Positions 32,810 to 46,230 of a stretch of DNA of 64,000 bases are shown here, piece by piece. Below the pieces are notes generated by a model, which worked only from the letters and a program-made list of their open reading frames with translations, made no database searches and had not been told where the DNA came from. This DNA is from Macrostomum lignano (taxonomy: Eukaryota): NCBI GenBank assembly GCA_002269645.1, contig NIVC01001079.1:252504-316503 (forward strand), written 5' to 3'. A program made the position numbers and the translations under genes. Position 1 is the first letter of the stretch. Every line of letters starts with the position of its first letter.

Positions 32810-33181
32810 CCATCTCAATTGTTCCTGCTACTTCTTTCAGGTAGGCAGCTTCAAGCTTCAGCCAGCCGAAAGAAAAATTCGAACCTATACAGATTCGCTT
32901 ACATCTGCATGTGACTTCGGCCCGAGTTTATCACACAGCGCGAGGAAGTTTCGCTTGGCAACAGAATTGAATACACTGCAGCTTGCAGCGAGTCGGTTCG
33001 CTGCCAGGCCTTCCAGCTGCAGCCGGGCTCTGGCAGCTTCTGGACCTTCGAGTTCGACAGGTGCAGCCACCGAGTCAACCTGGAAAACTGCAGCCGTTTC
33101 GATTGGGCGTTCGTGCGAGGCTTTTTGGGAGTGCGGAGCGGCAGGCTTTGTAGATTTCAAGCCTATGTATTTGAATCATAA
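32810..33181 (+). pseudogene. Diverged pseudogene fragment of the PAN-lectin family (exon 1 only)
   Basis: One frame reads SQLFLLLLS...YRFAYICM*LRPEF...AACSESVRCQAFQLQPGSGSFWTFEFDRCSHRVNLENCSRFDWAFVR. TGA at 32912 replaces the Cys of RLCLRPEF, and there is no in-frame ATG. Confidence 0.8.
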
Positions 33182-35039
33182 ATTTTATCCAGTAATATTT
33201 ATTGACCCAATGATGTCAACGCATCAGTGAAGGGCGTAAAGTACATTATACTGTCTATACATGCTGTATATTTGTGGGCAACTGGGAGATCAATTGCACC
33301 ACTGGTTTGCTACAGAGCTGGTTTGGACCCCGCAAGCAGGCGAGAGCCAGTCACTCAGGCGCCGAATGTCACACTAGCAGAGTACCAGCTTCTGGGGGTC
33401 AAGACTTTCAGATGGCGTCTTGGTGAATCCAGCTTCTGGGGCCGAGGCTTGACCATGGTGGTCCACTTACCAACTCCCTTCACGGGTAGGTTCACCTAGC
33501 GCAATGTCAGCTCAAAGCAGCTCACCAGCGATACAAGATCATCAGCTAGAAGCCTCAGGCTGCACCACAACCCTCCGATCCGAGTACGCCTTCGGTGTCA
33601 TAAGAGATCTCATCAGAGACAGTCTTTTTGGCTTCACTCGTGACTTACTGCACTCAAGCTCTTAAGCGCTAAAAATAAACAATACGGTTGATTCCTACAC
33701 GCTTCCTCTTCGTCAAAGCTCTTCGATTCGGTCCTCAGCTGGACAGCCGGCTTCAATACCTGTGCATTGACGATGTTGACTGAGACGTACTGTCTCACTA
33801 CGAAAGCCCTGTGCGAATGCGTGGTGAAGAGTTTCAGAGTGGTGATCAGTCACTCGAAAACTCCCACTTCAGACCCTAAGCCTGGGAACAGAATTCAGCG
33901 ATCACTTACTAATGCGGGCTCCTCTTCTTTGTCGCGTGGGTCCTTAGAACTCTTCTCTTGTCTTCGGAGTAGTCTTCTTGGGTCCTAACGGTATTGATTT
34001 CCCCCAGAGATGTATCTATAGCCTCGTTTAGCTGCTCCAACAAGCTTAAGATCTTTGGAGGCTGCTCCGAGTCAGAGATTTTAGCTATGATTTTGGCTTG
34101 TATTAATATTTATAGGAAAATCTTGCGAGAATCTGGTTATTTTTTATTAGGTGACTTAGTTTCGCTTTTTGGAAATTTGACCCTTTGAAAATTGAATAGA
34201 ATTTTTGCGAATACAATAGATTTCGAGCATCAATTACCATATTCGCTGTTCTAAATTTAAATGTTGCAAAAGAATCACTCGTTTTTTTCGTGGTACCATA
34301 AATAGTGTGTGACTACTTGGAATCTTTAGATTTTGAGTTTTTCGCATTTTTATCTTTCTACTTCTAGTAGTTTGCTTTATATTGTATTTTGGAGATCTCT
34401 ACAGTGGATCCATTCCACGGACTAGTTAGGGCTGAATAGATTTCGTAATGACCTTTATAAGTATCGTTTATTAAATCAAGTGAATGAAATTTGAAGGTCT
34501 CAAAGTGACAAACTTAAAAATGGGTTTTGTGACTGCAAAAGCAAATTTTAACAGTAGTGATAAACAGCAATTTTTCAAAACGAAAGTTTAAATTTTTGGA
34601 TGCAGAAAACGCTTTTGACTCCAAAATGTAGTATGTGACGAGAATTAGTTTTCAATTTTCAAATCAAGAGTTTGCTCTGTGGGATAACAAATGTCGTTTA
34701 AACAAAAACTACGCACAGCTCTTATTGTGTTAGGCATTAAAATGGTACTGAAGCCATCAATCATCAAAAAGACTTTTATTGTTTCACCATCAAACATTGG
34801 ATTGATGATGGTGATTTGTGAAGATAAATGATGATTATTACGAGCCGCCGACTTATGAATATTCAACGGATATTCAACAACCAACTCTTTATGAATGTTA
34901 AATGAATACTGAAATAAAATTCACCCCATTGCTAGTTGAGAACTTTTGTAAATAGACCTATTTATGAGATCAGTGAAAGAGGAAAACATAATTAACCTTA
35001 CAACATTTGCAATTGCATGATCTCTTGTTTATTTGACAG

Positions 35040-35246
35040 AATTTGACTTACTGTCTTTCTGTCTCTCTGTCTCTGTCATTCTGTCACTCTGTCTCTGTCA
35101 TTCTGTCACTCTGTCATTCTGTCACTCTGTCATTCTGTCACTCTGTCATTCTGTCACTCTGTCTCAATGTCACTCTGTCTGTCTGTCTTTCTGTCTCTCT
35201 GTCTCTCTGTTTCTCTGTCTATCTGCATCTCACTGTCCGTCTGTCC

Positions 35247-35286
<40 letters not shown>

Positions 35287-35549
35287 TAGTGTCTGCCTGC
35301 CTGTCTGTCTGTCTTAGTGTCTGCCTGTCTGTCTGTCTTAGTGTCTGTCTGTCTGTCTTAGTGTCTGCCTGCCTGTCTGTCTGTCTGTCTGTCTGTCTTA
35401 GTGTCTGCCTGCCTGTCTGTCTGTCTTAGTGTCTGCCTGTCTGTCTGTCTGTCTTAGTGTCTGTCTGCCTGTCTTAGTGTCTGCCTGCCTGTCTGTCTGT
35501 CTGTCTGTCTTAGTGTCTGCCTGCCTGTCTGTCTGTCTGTCTGTCTTAG

Positions 35550-35582
<33 letters not shown>
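35040..35582. repeat. CTGTCA-rich tract grading into (TGTC)n with TTAG variants
   Basis: Direct reading; same gtcttagtgtc variant as at 331-695 (reverse) and 46797-47465. Confidence 0.92.
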
Positions 35583-35902
35583 CACATTATATTTCATTTC
35601 ATTATATTACATTATATTTCACATTATTCGACAATGTAAAAGCGATAATTCGGTATGTTTTTTCGACGAGCCAATGAAGTTTTCTGTCTATGAAAGCAAC
35701 CTAGTATGTATCTATCCATGAAAAAGGAGAGTTCCAGACAGTTTCACCAATCACCACGCGCACATTGTCTGTAGAACATTCGATTCACTCTCCTGTCCAA
35801 TAGGAACATACCGCTGAGCAGATCCACAGTCCATATAAAGTGCCAAATTTGCAGGTGTAATTTGGTTCAATTACAATTTGTCAATTAAAATTAAAATAGA
35901 GA

Positions 35903-37048
35903 ATGCAAGCAAAAATTTACATTGTTTTGCTTGTCCTGCAAGCAGCCAGTGTGCAGATGCAGGAATCATATTTGATGGAAACTTTCAAGCTAACTCTTGT
36001 CCGCCTCTGCCTGCGGCCGGATTTCGTCCGAGCTCCCCCTGGAGTGGCGCCTTACCAAAAAGTCGCTTGCGCCAGCGCTTGCAGCCGCTCGCCTCGCTGC
36101 CGAGCCTTCCGTCTGGAGCCCAACTCCGGCCAGTGTTGGACCTTCGAGTTCGACAGCTGCAGCCACCGAGCCAACCTGGACAGCTGCAGCCAGTTTGGCT
36201 GGGCCTTCGTTCGACGCCTAGCCGGACTGTCCGACGGACGGGTGTGTCCGGACGGCTACGGCAACCGGCATTTCAGCTCCACGTACAGGTATGCGGGCTC
36301 AGAGTCTCGCGGCTATGAGCACTCAAATGTGTTTTAGTTTGCCAATCCATCATGCCGAGCTTATGAGGCGTTAAGGTAAGAATGAGATCATAAAAAGCTG
36401 TTTGTGTTCAAAAAATGTGTTCAAAGCCGGATGCGGATGCGGATGCGGATGCGGATGCGGATGCGGATGCGGATGCGGATGCGGACGCGGACGCGGACGC
36501 GGATGCGGATGCGGATGCGGATGCGGATGCGGATGCGGATGCAGATGCGGATGCGGATGCGGATGCGGATGCGGATGCGGATGCGGATGCGGATGCGGAC
36601 GCGGATGCGGATGCGGATGCGGATGCGGATGAGAATGCCAACGCATGATGGAGGATCGCACACCCACCACCCTATGCTGATCCCGGCTCCCAGCTGGTCC
36701 ACCGGACTCTCCATCTGCCAGGCCGAGCTCGGCCTCACGAAGTTCGCCGACGGAATCGACCAGGCCGAAGTGGACCACCTGCACTGGGTCAAAACCAACG
36801 CGAACTCGGGCGCTTCGTATTTCGTCGGCGGCCACCGGGTCGGCAGTTTCGCCAGCGGCACCTGGTTCTGGCACCGCTGCAACTCGAGCTTCCTGCCCGA
36901 GGTTTGGCTGCCCGGACAGCCGAACCACGGCGATAACTACGATAAGACCAACACCTGGAGTAGTCACGTGACTGGTATCGATGACGTATCGAACACGTAT
37001 CCGGGCATCACAACGGCTCTGTGCGAGTGCGTCAATCCGTTCGAGTGA
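35903..37048 (+). CDS. Secreted PAN/Apple-like + C-type-lectin-like protein, paralog B (2 exons)
   Basis: Exon 1 is 35903-36288 (AG|GTATG); exon 2 ends at TGA 37048. Most of both domains is nearly identical to paralog A. The acceptor equivalent to A's is mutated (AG to AT at 36674-75); in-frame alternative AGs lie at 36632-33 and 36692-93. Confidence 0.78.
36427..36631. repeat. (GCGGAT)n hexamer in the paralog B intron; degenerate counterpart at about 31285-31425 in paralog A
   Basis: Direct reading. Confidence 0.95.
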
Positions 37049-38924
37049 CGACAGAATTGCGACTGATAGCAAGCGGCCTCTTGAATACTTCAAATGAAAA
37101 TTTTTAATTGAATGAAATCAGGCCAAATTAGGCTAAAATAGATTGAAGTGACTTCTCCACACTCATCACACAAGATACAAAGGCTTTTCCACGATCATGA
37201 CAATAGCAAGAGAATGCAATCCAGGAAGACAGTAAAATATACTAGCATAAAAAAGTTGTTTAATGCACGAAAATAATCAAAGTTTTTATGTTTTGCCTAG
37301 CAACAAGCCAAAGAACAAACTATAGAATTTGAAAAAAAGAAGAAATAAGAATGGAAACAATGGACGAATGCATCATAAATTTGAAGGAAATGAATCGACT
37401 AATGCAGATTAATAGAAAGTGAAAAAAGATTTGACAAATTCATCCTGTCTCGTAAACAGTTTTTTCACTGCGTATTTTTACTTGAGTAATCTTCAAATGA
37501 TAGAAACGGACTCTAATTTATAAAATATTAGAAATTAGAGTACGATTAAAACGCATTATGTGCATTATTTTTATTGACGTAGTTGGTTTAGTTGGTAGGT
37601 TAAAATGGTTTAGTTAGTTAAAGTATAATTCACGTGAAATTGGTTAGCTACTAGAGATTAAACGGTTGTTACCCGATTTCATCTACTGTTAGCAGTAGTA
37701 TACAACGAGCTTACTGCAGGTCTTTCTGTAGCTTGTCGGTGACAATTGGCTGTAAGGTTTCGTCGAGTTTAGAATTAGAAAAGGAAAGTTTGATATTTAA
37801 ATGATAGTATATATTTATCCGCATATTCGCATATTTAAATGATGAAATTATACACAGCCCATTTATACTTGTTTTCAATAGCCTGTTTTGGTGAAAAAAT
37901 TAATTCTATGAAATCTGTCTGATGTATCTCAATGCGTTCGCTGAAGTCTAATATTCATAGTAGCTTAAAATGTCTGACTGATTTCTTGATGTACAAACTG
38001 CCTTTTCAGCTATTTTGAGTAGACTGTTACGCCAAAAAGAATGGGAATTCAAAATTTACAGAGATTATCATAGCTTCTAGCCTAAAAGTACTCCAGGACA
38101 TGAAAAACATCGTGTTGGCTGAGTGAGTACGGCGGAGTATTTTGTTTGGTAGGAAGTCTTGGAGTTTTTGTATAGCTTATAAGTTATGAGGAAGTAGCGA
38201 TAAAAGACGCGAGATAAATATAAATCTGTAATACTAAATAGTATCTCCCGTTTGCAACAGATTCTGCTAACAGATATGATTTATTCATCGGAAAATGCTA
38301 TTACTTTAGTGTACTATATTTAGTATATGTGGATTTTACTGAGCTCAGGAGCCAGCTGACATCCTGCTACGCTCGTATTGCAAGACGATTGCAGGCTTGC
38401 GATAAAGAACTATGTACGTACAGGATATCGGCTGTTGAATTTGGAAGCACGTCAGAACGTATCAACAAAATTGGAAAAAAAGTTACTATAGCTATTACAA
38501 AGAGATAAGCTAATCCTGAGTTGGCAAAAAAGCATTTTGTTTAACTTTCCATCGCATTTTTCTCAACGAATTTTCATCGTTGAAGCTGAAGCAATTTAGT
38601 TAATCAGGACTTTGTGCAAAATAGGATCCTCGCCCTCGCGTCTGACCCTCGCGTCAAAGTTCCTTTGTGGATTCGATTCTGAGAGCTACCAATTTCATTT
38701 GGGATTCATGCTCATAATAGCCATCCCCCAAGACGCAGATTATGTACATATGCTTATACGATGAGATAGTCGGCCCGCTGTACATATGTGCCTGTGTGTG
38801 CTCAGAGGTCGACTGTGTTCGAAGTCCTGCTGCAAACAGCTCAAAACATATTCTGCTGCAATTTTGCATTAGATTAAGTCATTCGTAAAACATTTAGTAT
38901 TTCAAAGAAGTCATTGGTAGCCTT

Positions 38925-39967
38925 TCAAGAGTCGCCTTGAAACTTAGAAACCAGCTGCTTCACCCTTGTTGACGTGCCGGAAGTGCCACTGGTGCCGCCT
39001 CCGCCAGGACCGTCGCCCCTTTGTCGACGCCTTCGTCTCAATTCTGCCGGAGCCGCTTCGAAGGATCGACTAGGCGTCAGCCGATCTGGCGGCACATAGG
39101 CGTAGGGCGACTCCGGCAGACGAACTGACGGTCGCTCCGCTGTCATCGACGCAGAGCAATCGGCGTCCGTCTCCGGCTTCTCGGCAACTACTCGGACGAC
39201 TGCGCCGTTTTGATCGCCAGCTTCTGGCAGCAGTGCCAGAGTTTGAGTCCGCTCCGCAGGGTGAAGCTGTTGGTCGGTTGGCGAGGCCTCCTCGCTCAGC
39301 AGGTAAGCTACAGGATAATAGTTGTCAGCTGATTGAAACCGGCGCGTTTGGCAGCTGGGCGGATTCTGCTGTTGCGGTTGCGGTTGCGCCGGCGCCTGAC
39401 TGTCTCGGAGGTGATAGTTGGGCGTGAGCATCTAAAGTAGTGGCCAGTCTGACTCTGGCGTCAAAGTACAGAGCACAAAACCAACTAGCATGTAGATGAG
39501 AAACTGTTACTTTCAAAGTTTTTGGAAGTATTTGTAAATCTACCTTGTCGACAGCTGCTGGTGGGCTTCAAAAACTTCAGTTGGCTCGTCCGAATGAAAC
39601 AGGCTGAACAGCTTTCCTCGTCTTGGTCGCCGCAACTGATGCGGCTGCTTCATCAGCAAGCCAACTGGAGTTGGCGGCTGCTGACGAGTTTCTGAAAGCA
39701 ACAGCTGCACTGCAGAGTCGCTGCCGGCTGAACGATGCATCTGCAAAGTCGGTTCCGCCTTCGTCTCCGGTTTATCACCGTCAGGTGCTCCTTGATCTGT
39801 CAGTCGCATCTCACTTTCCTTTTTTGTCTCAACTTGAGTCTCTCCATACATCTCGACCTTCTTCTCTGTCTCGTCTTGAGCATCTACTCGAAATCCTTGA
39901 ATATTTCCTTGGAACTTTGAAGCAGCTGCGTGAACTGGCATCTCGCGTCCATCTTGTTTTGTCTCTT
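38925..39967 (-). CDS. Low-complexity protein of unknown function, probable last two exons
   Basis: Open frames 39544 to about 39967 and 38925-39431 are separated by an AT-rich segment with donor AG|GTAG at 39543. Phases match only if the acceptor at 39400-01 is used, not TTTAG at 39432. The product ends RVKQLVSKFQGDS*. The 5' end was not found. Confidence 0.45.
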
Positions 39968-40804
39968 ATCAAAAGAAAACCAACCGTTCAAGTCGGCCTC
40001 CATTAAGAGCTCGCCCGGCCAGCCATGGTACTCTATAGTTCGAGCATTGTTGACTTAGCTCAAGCTCTTGTTCAGTTTTTCTTTTGAGCGAATAAATGGC
40101 ATTCAAAAGAAGTGCTGAGGCTGTGTCAATAGAGGCTGTTCTGACGAGGTTTTGTCATTCAGTACCTATAAATAACAAAGGTCTAATCTTGATAACTACA
40201 CACCGCAAGCGTTTCGTCATTCAAATTTATTTTTCTTTCAATAGTTGATATGGAAAATCACACTTTTTGTCGGATTTGCACAGAAGACAGACAGTGTAGG
40301 TCAGCAGTTTTTGATGAAATATCGTCACAGCCTCACAGTAATTGATCGGCGCAGTTCAGACTAGAAAAAAGTAGCTATCGATGAGACACACAGGCCAACT
40401 GCCCAATATAGATTTAGCTTCTCTCATTAAACAGCCGGTCTATTTTTACCGAACGGGAATAATTGTGTCAGTGAAACACAACACCCTTTGTTAGTCGGCT
40501 GACAGCTCGATAATGTGGGTTATTGAGCTCAGTCCAGAGCTTGATTAACGGGCTATGACCGAAAATATCAGTGGCTTCGAATTGATTTATCCTTGTTTTG
40601 CTATTACACTCTACGAAAAGCAGAAAAACGTCTTTATTACATTTTTCAGCTAAACTCACTTTTAGAAATAGTGCAGCAAGGATGGAAATTGTAGGTTGTA
40701 ACTTTGAGGACGCGGCAACAGGGGACTTCTGATTTTTTACCCTTATGGGCGCTCTTAGCTCTAGAATGAAATAGAGAGCAGACACAGTATTCAGACCTAT
40801 TCAG

Positions 40805-41187
<383 letters not shown>

Positions 41188-41764
41188 GGAGTGCACTCTG
41201 AACTGGATTATTCGATCCGTAGTCAAGCGCAGTTCATCCGATCCTATTTTTTCTTCACTTTCTCAAACATTTCCCTTTCGCATCTCTCTACTTCTTCGTC
41301 TGCAGGGATCTCCTCCCCAAATCCTGGGCGATTTAATGAGTACCGCGACCCACCGGCTTTGAATACCCTCGGGACTTCTCATCCCATCCCTTACCTAAGT
41401 ACTCGGATTTCGAGATCAGTTGTCATGGACAACCGTTAAATGATCCCTTGAGCACCTGCCCTGCCCTGCTCATCCGCATAGGACTGAGAACAGCTGTCTC
41501 TGTGCGATCGCATTTCTGACCTTCTTTAGCAATCGAATCTGGGTCTCAAGGAGAATGACAGTTTCCCAGGGCCGAAGTGGACGAGATTTTTTGTCAAAAG
41601 TCTTCCTTGTAGCGATGGTAGTCTACTTTGAAGCTATTGTGACAATTTATAGCCTTACATTCCATAGATTAGAAGTCTACAGATTTTGGGTTATGATGTA
41701 AATTAAGATCTTTTATTATTTAAAATCGATTTTTATATTATAATAAAGTCTATGGATAACAGCC

Positions 41765-42800
41765 TATAATCTGTAGTTTACAGTCTAAATTCTATGGTTT
41801 ACAGTCTACAGCCGATGGTATACAGTCTATAGCCTATGGTTTACAGTCTATAGCCTATGGTTTACAGTCTATAGCCTATGGTTTACAGTCTATAGCCTAT
41901 GGTTTACAGTCTATAGCCTATGGTTTACAGTCTATAGCCTATGGTTTACAGTCTATAGCCTATGGTTTACAGTCTATAGCCTATGGTTTACAGTCTATAG
42001 CCTATGGTTTACAGTCTATAGCCTATGGTTTACAGTCTATAGCCTATGGTTTACAGTCTATAGCCTATGGTTTACAGTCTATAGCCTATGGTTTACAGTC
42101 TATAGCCTATGGTTTACAGTCTATAGCCTATGGTTTACAGTCTATAGCCTATGGTTTACAGTCTATAGCCTATGGTTTACAGTCTATAGCCTATGGTTTA
42201 CAGTCTATAGCCTATGGTTTACAGTCTATAGCCTATGGTTTACAGTCTATAGCCTATGGTTTACAGTCTATAGCCTATGGTTTACAGTCTATAGCCTATG
42301 GTTTACAGTCTATAGCCTATGGTTTACAGTCTATAGCCTATGGTTTACAGTCTATAGCCTATGGTTTACAGTCTATAGCCTATGGTTTACAGTCTATAGT
42401 CTATGGTTTACAGTCTACAGTCTATGGTTTACAGCCTATAGTCTGTAGTTTACAGTCTAAATTCTATGGTTTACAGTCTACAGCCGATGTTATACAGTCT
42501 ATAGCCTATGGTTTACAGTCTACAGTCTATGGTTTACAGCCTATAGTCTGTAGTTTACAGTCTAAATTCTATGGTTTACAGTCTACAGCCGATGTTATAC
42601 AGTCTATAGCCTATGGTTTACAGTCTACAGTCTATGGTTTTCTACAGTCTATGGTTTACAGTCTACAGTCTACGATTTACAGCCTATAGTCTTTGTTTTA
42701 CAGCCTATAGTCTTTGGTTTATAGTCTACAACCTATGGTTTACAGTCTTACAGTCTTCATTCGATGGTTTACAGTCTACAGTCGATGGCTTAAATAGTCT
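41765..42800. repeat. 21-bp minisatellite AGTCTATAGCCTATGGTTTAC, pure core about 41820-42400 with degenerate flanks
   Basis: Unit starts at 41881 and 41902. Confidence 0.95.
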
Positions 42801-43904
42801 ATAGTCTATGAGTGTGGGTGTCAAAAATAAATAGAATTCAGTTTTTAATAATTACGTAGTTTATAGCCTAAAGATATTTTTTATCATCTAAATTCGGTAA
42901 CTTTGAAAGTCTATAAATATCCAAAATCTAAATTTACAACTCAGGTTTATCCGTGACGTTATCGAGCATTAATATATTTCCTATAATAAATGGATAATCC
43001 TGCTTGCAACTGGACAAAGCGACATGAATAGGCAAGCATAGTTATGGCTTATGTTATCATCACTATAGCTGCTCGTATTGGAACACTGTAGAATTAAAAA
43101 TAAATTTCCAGATCCAAGAGCCGGTCAAAGGGACGCCCTTTTTTCAAGACAAAGAAGCGACTCACTCTCTCCCAGGACTGGAACTGTGTGTGCGGCCAAT
43201 GTCGCCTTCACAGATGTGCAATTAGGCAGAAAGACTCGCTCTAGAGTGACACGAAAGATAAGAAAAAGAAGACTCAAAAAAGACTGACCGGCCGACTACT
43301 TGGGGACACGTAGGGGAATTGCATCGCCCCTCTCCCTTCGTTTCTGCCTCACCCAGCTCACATGATTGGGATATTTTTAGCGCACATCCTGTGTGTGTCC
43401 CCCTAACTCGGCCCCAAGTTCGAATTCTCTTCTCTTCATATCATGCCCCCTACTCGGGTCAACCCATGCCAAGGAGATCTTGGAGGGACCGTCTGGATTA
43501 CAGATCGTCAGGGTTGTACATTTGCTGTGACCTATAGGTTTTAAATCTGTGTACTTTTTGCACTACAGTTGGAGACGTTACTACAGAGCTAGTCTGTCAC
43601 TGTTTAGAACGCGGGAATATGATCAATTTACTGACAAAGGATCAATTCTTAGAAGTATTGGAAGTTAAGTTATCAATGAAACTCCACTCTTTGCGTGCTT
43701 CTTACTAGAGTTTCGAGCTCAAGGAAAGTTTCCAACCCGAATTCTGTAGTCTAGAGATGCCCTCAGTTCACCTCAAGGCCAGGGCCCGAGCCAAGCATCC
43801 CGTCTTAGTGCCAAAAAAATTGAAGCCGAACTCAGATTAACCCGCTGCTCAGGCTCCTGCTGATTCCTCATCCTTCTCTGCATCCCCATCTTTCCATCTT
43901 GCAG

Positions 43905-43944
43905 CCAATCGGAAGCGGCTGATCAAGCGGGTGTGCAAGGAAGC

Positions 43945-44017
<73 letters not shown>

Positions 44018-44024
44018 CTATAAA
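43905..44024 (+). promoter_or_regulatory. Putative promoter: CCAAT, (GA)n tract and TATAAA
   Basis: CCAAT 43905-09, (AG)n about 43951-44016, TATAAA 44019-24, 66 nt upstream of ATG 44090. Confidence 0.45.
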
Positions 44025-44089
44025 CCCGACAGAGTCCCCATCCGCCTCCAGTTTTCACTGACGCAGCCAAGTGATTCACAAACCACCGG

Positions 44090-45040
44090 ATGTCCGGGCA
44101 TCGACTCTGCCGCGGCTGCCTGAGCGGTCGCAGGAGGAAGAACCGAGACGCCTGTCTGGCGTCACTGCTGGCCGCTTCGCTGCTTGCGCTGGGCATCGGC
44201 GCAGCGCTGTGGGTCCTGGGCTCGGCGCAGAGCTCGCTGTCTCAAGTCGGCTTCGGCATCGCCCTGACGGTCTGCGGATGCCTGATGGCGGGCACCGCGG
44301 CGAGCCTCCTCATCGTCACTCGCTGTTGCTTCAGCGATCAGGTTCGGGGCCAGGCTGACAGCGCCGAGAACAATGACTGTTTTGACTGCGACTGCTGCCT
44401 GCAGAGGCGCTGGACAAAACAATCCACCGGTCGAGTTGGCGACCTCGCCGAAAACGCAGCAACCGGCAGCGGAAACGGTTCGGGCCGAGTGCGCATCACG
44501 GTGACTCGTAGCCGATCGGAGGAGCGTCTGGACCAGAGCATCGAGGACGCCATTCTCCGCCTACACATGTCGCGTCCGCGAAAATCCTCGTTGAAGGTCT
44601 CGACAGGCGGCAGCGAATCTCCGCTGTCTCGCGGCTCAGAGGACATCAGCCAGCTGCGCCAGCAGCAGCAGCAGCAGCAGCCGCGGAATCATGTCCGATT
44701 CAGCGACTCTGACGAGATGTCACCAACTTCGGAGGCGCGACAGAACATTAGTCTGTCGTCGCGAAGGTCGTCAGCTGAGGACAACGACTCTGTGTTCATC
44801 GTCGAGACCGACGGCAACTGCTTGCCTTCGCATCCAGCTGCGAACGCTCCCTCAGTGGCGGCGACGGCGGTGAAAAACGTCCAGTCTGAGGTGGAGCAGA
44901 TGGAAATCAACGCCGAGGAGCTGCTGCGTCGGTCTCGAACCGTTTCTGTCAAGGCGGCCAAGTCAATGTCCCTCCCCGAGCCGGTGTCCGACCGGCACCA
45001 GGACAGGAAAAAGAAGAAGAAAAAGCAGCAGCGCAAGGAG

Positions 45041-45071
<31 letters not shown>

Positions 45072-45142
45072 TCAGTGATTCTTCGATTGCAAACGCGTTG
45101 ACAGCTAAGAAAGCCAGCAGTGCTGAGTCTGAGAACTCTTAA
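44090..45142 (+). CDS. Single-exon 350-aa protein with two N-terminal TM helices and a long disordered, Q/K-rich tail
   Basis: Hydrophobic segments ACLASLLAASLLALGIGAALWVLG and VGFGIALTVCGCLMAGTAASLLIV; GC-rich ORF in AT-richer flanks; no family recognised. Confidence 0.75.
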
Positions 45143-46134
45143 GCAAATGAATTATCAGGTGTTTCCCCTCGCTTCTGTTTCATACACTTGGAAACTGGAA
45201 TGTAGACGCGGAGACACTTTGAATGCGACTTGCACTACTGTGAAAGCCTTTCTGTTGCACAGCACTTCTGGTAACCAAAGTAATGCTGCCTTCTTGTACT
45301 CGCGTATAATTCTCTTCCTAAGGTATGCAATTTGTCTATCTTTTCTTGCTCTATGCTTTACAGTGTATATCTCAGAAGTGTAAATAAATGCAGATTCTTA
45401 AATAGTTAAATCAGTGAGAAGCACTTCAGTATGCAATGCAGGAGAAGTACATATTGCTCAGCCAACAGGTGTCGCAGAAATCCTTATCTTTGTAACTGCA
45501 AATGGCCACCAGAACTAACAGCATGACTTTGTGTTGGCCATGCCACTTGCACATCTCCCATGCAGTCTCCCTCTGTAATAGTCGTCACACTTCTCAAAGA
45601 CAAGCTGCGTGCATCCTGGCGCACTTTAAGCGACATTGTCACACAACCGGCGAGAGGCATTGCTGCCCATTCTTTCCGACTCCCCTGAGCAGGCACACAC
45701 ACACAAATGGCTACTCTCACTGCTGTTGACTCAACCTTGCGGTATGAAATTTGGCATTTTTAGCAGATGAACCAAGTCACCGACACATAAGACACTGTAT
45801 ACAGGCAGGTAAACCAATAGCAACATGCCAGGTTTTGTACATTCTACATGTAAATTCTCAATCCCTGAGTTCGCATTGTCCAGAAGTATTAGCATCGCTA
45901 TTCGTTATGGTAATTAGAAGCTCCTCAATCCATTGAGTCTGCAGTCTTCTGGAGCAGCTGATTTTGAGAAATAGAAGTTAATTAACTCGAAATCCGAGAT
46001 GCTAATGCCTGCTCCTGATTGGGAATGGGGAACCCTTAGCAGAGGCCATCTCCAGGGTCTTTTAACAGCTAGGCTGTGCTGTATTATGCACATGAATGTG
46101 CGGATGAAATGAGTAAGTTCTTAAGTGATCATAA

Positions 46135-46230
46135 GTGAGTTCATGCGTGACTTCATGAGTGAGTTCATGAGTGAGTTCATGAGTGAGTTCATGAGTGAGT
46201 TCATAATTGAGGTTATGAGTGAGTTCATAA
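46135..46230. repeat. 12-bp repeat GAGTGAGTTCAT
   Basis: About 7-8 degenerate copies. Confidence 0.8.

Noticed and set aside
33300-34130. Coding-like minus-strand fragments (IQAKIIAKISDSEQPPKILSLLEQLNEAID...)
   Set aside because: The frames are short and interrupted by stops, I could build no consistent splice path and I recognised no family; possibly decayed TE or pseudogene. tBLASTx is needed.
39623-40006. Plus-strand 127-aa ORF
   Set aside because: It overlaps the minus-strand frame that has splice support and lacks an ATG; treated as a probable antisense shadow, though not excluded.
41220-43540. GC-richer islands at 41.2-41.45 kb and 43.1-43.55 kb resembling retroelement fragments
   Set aside because: No RT, protease or integrase motif could be read, and the frames are short.
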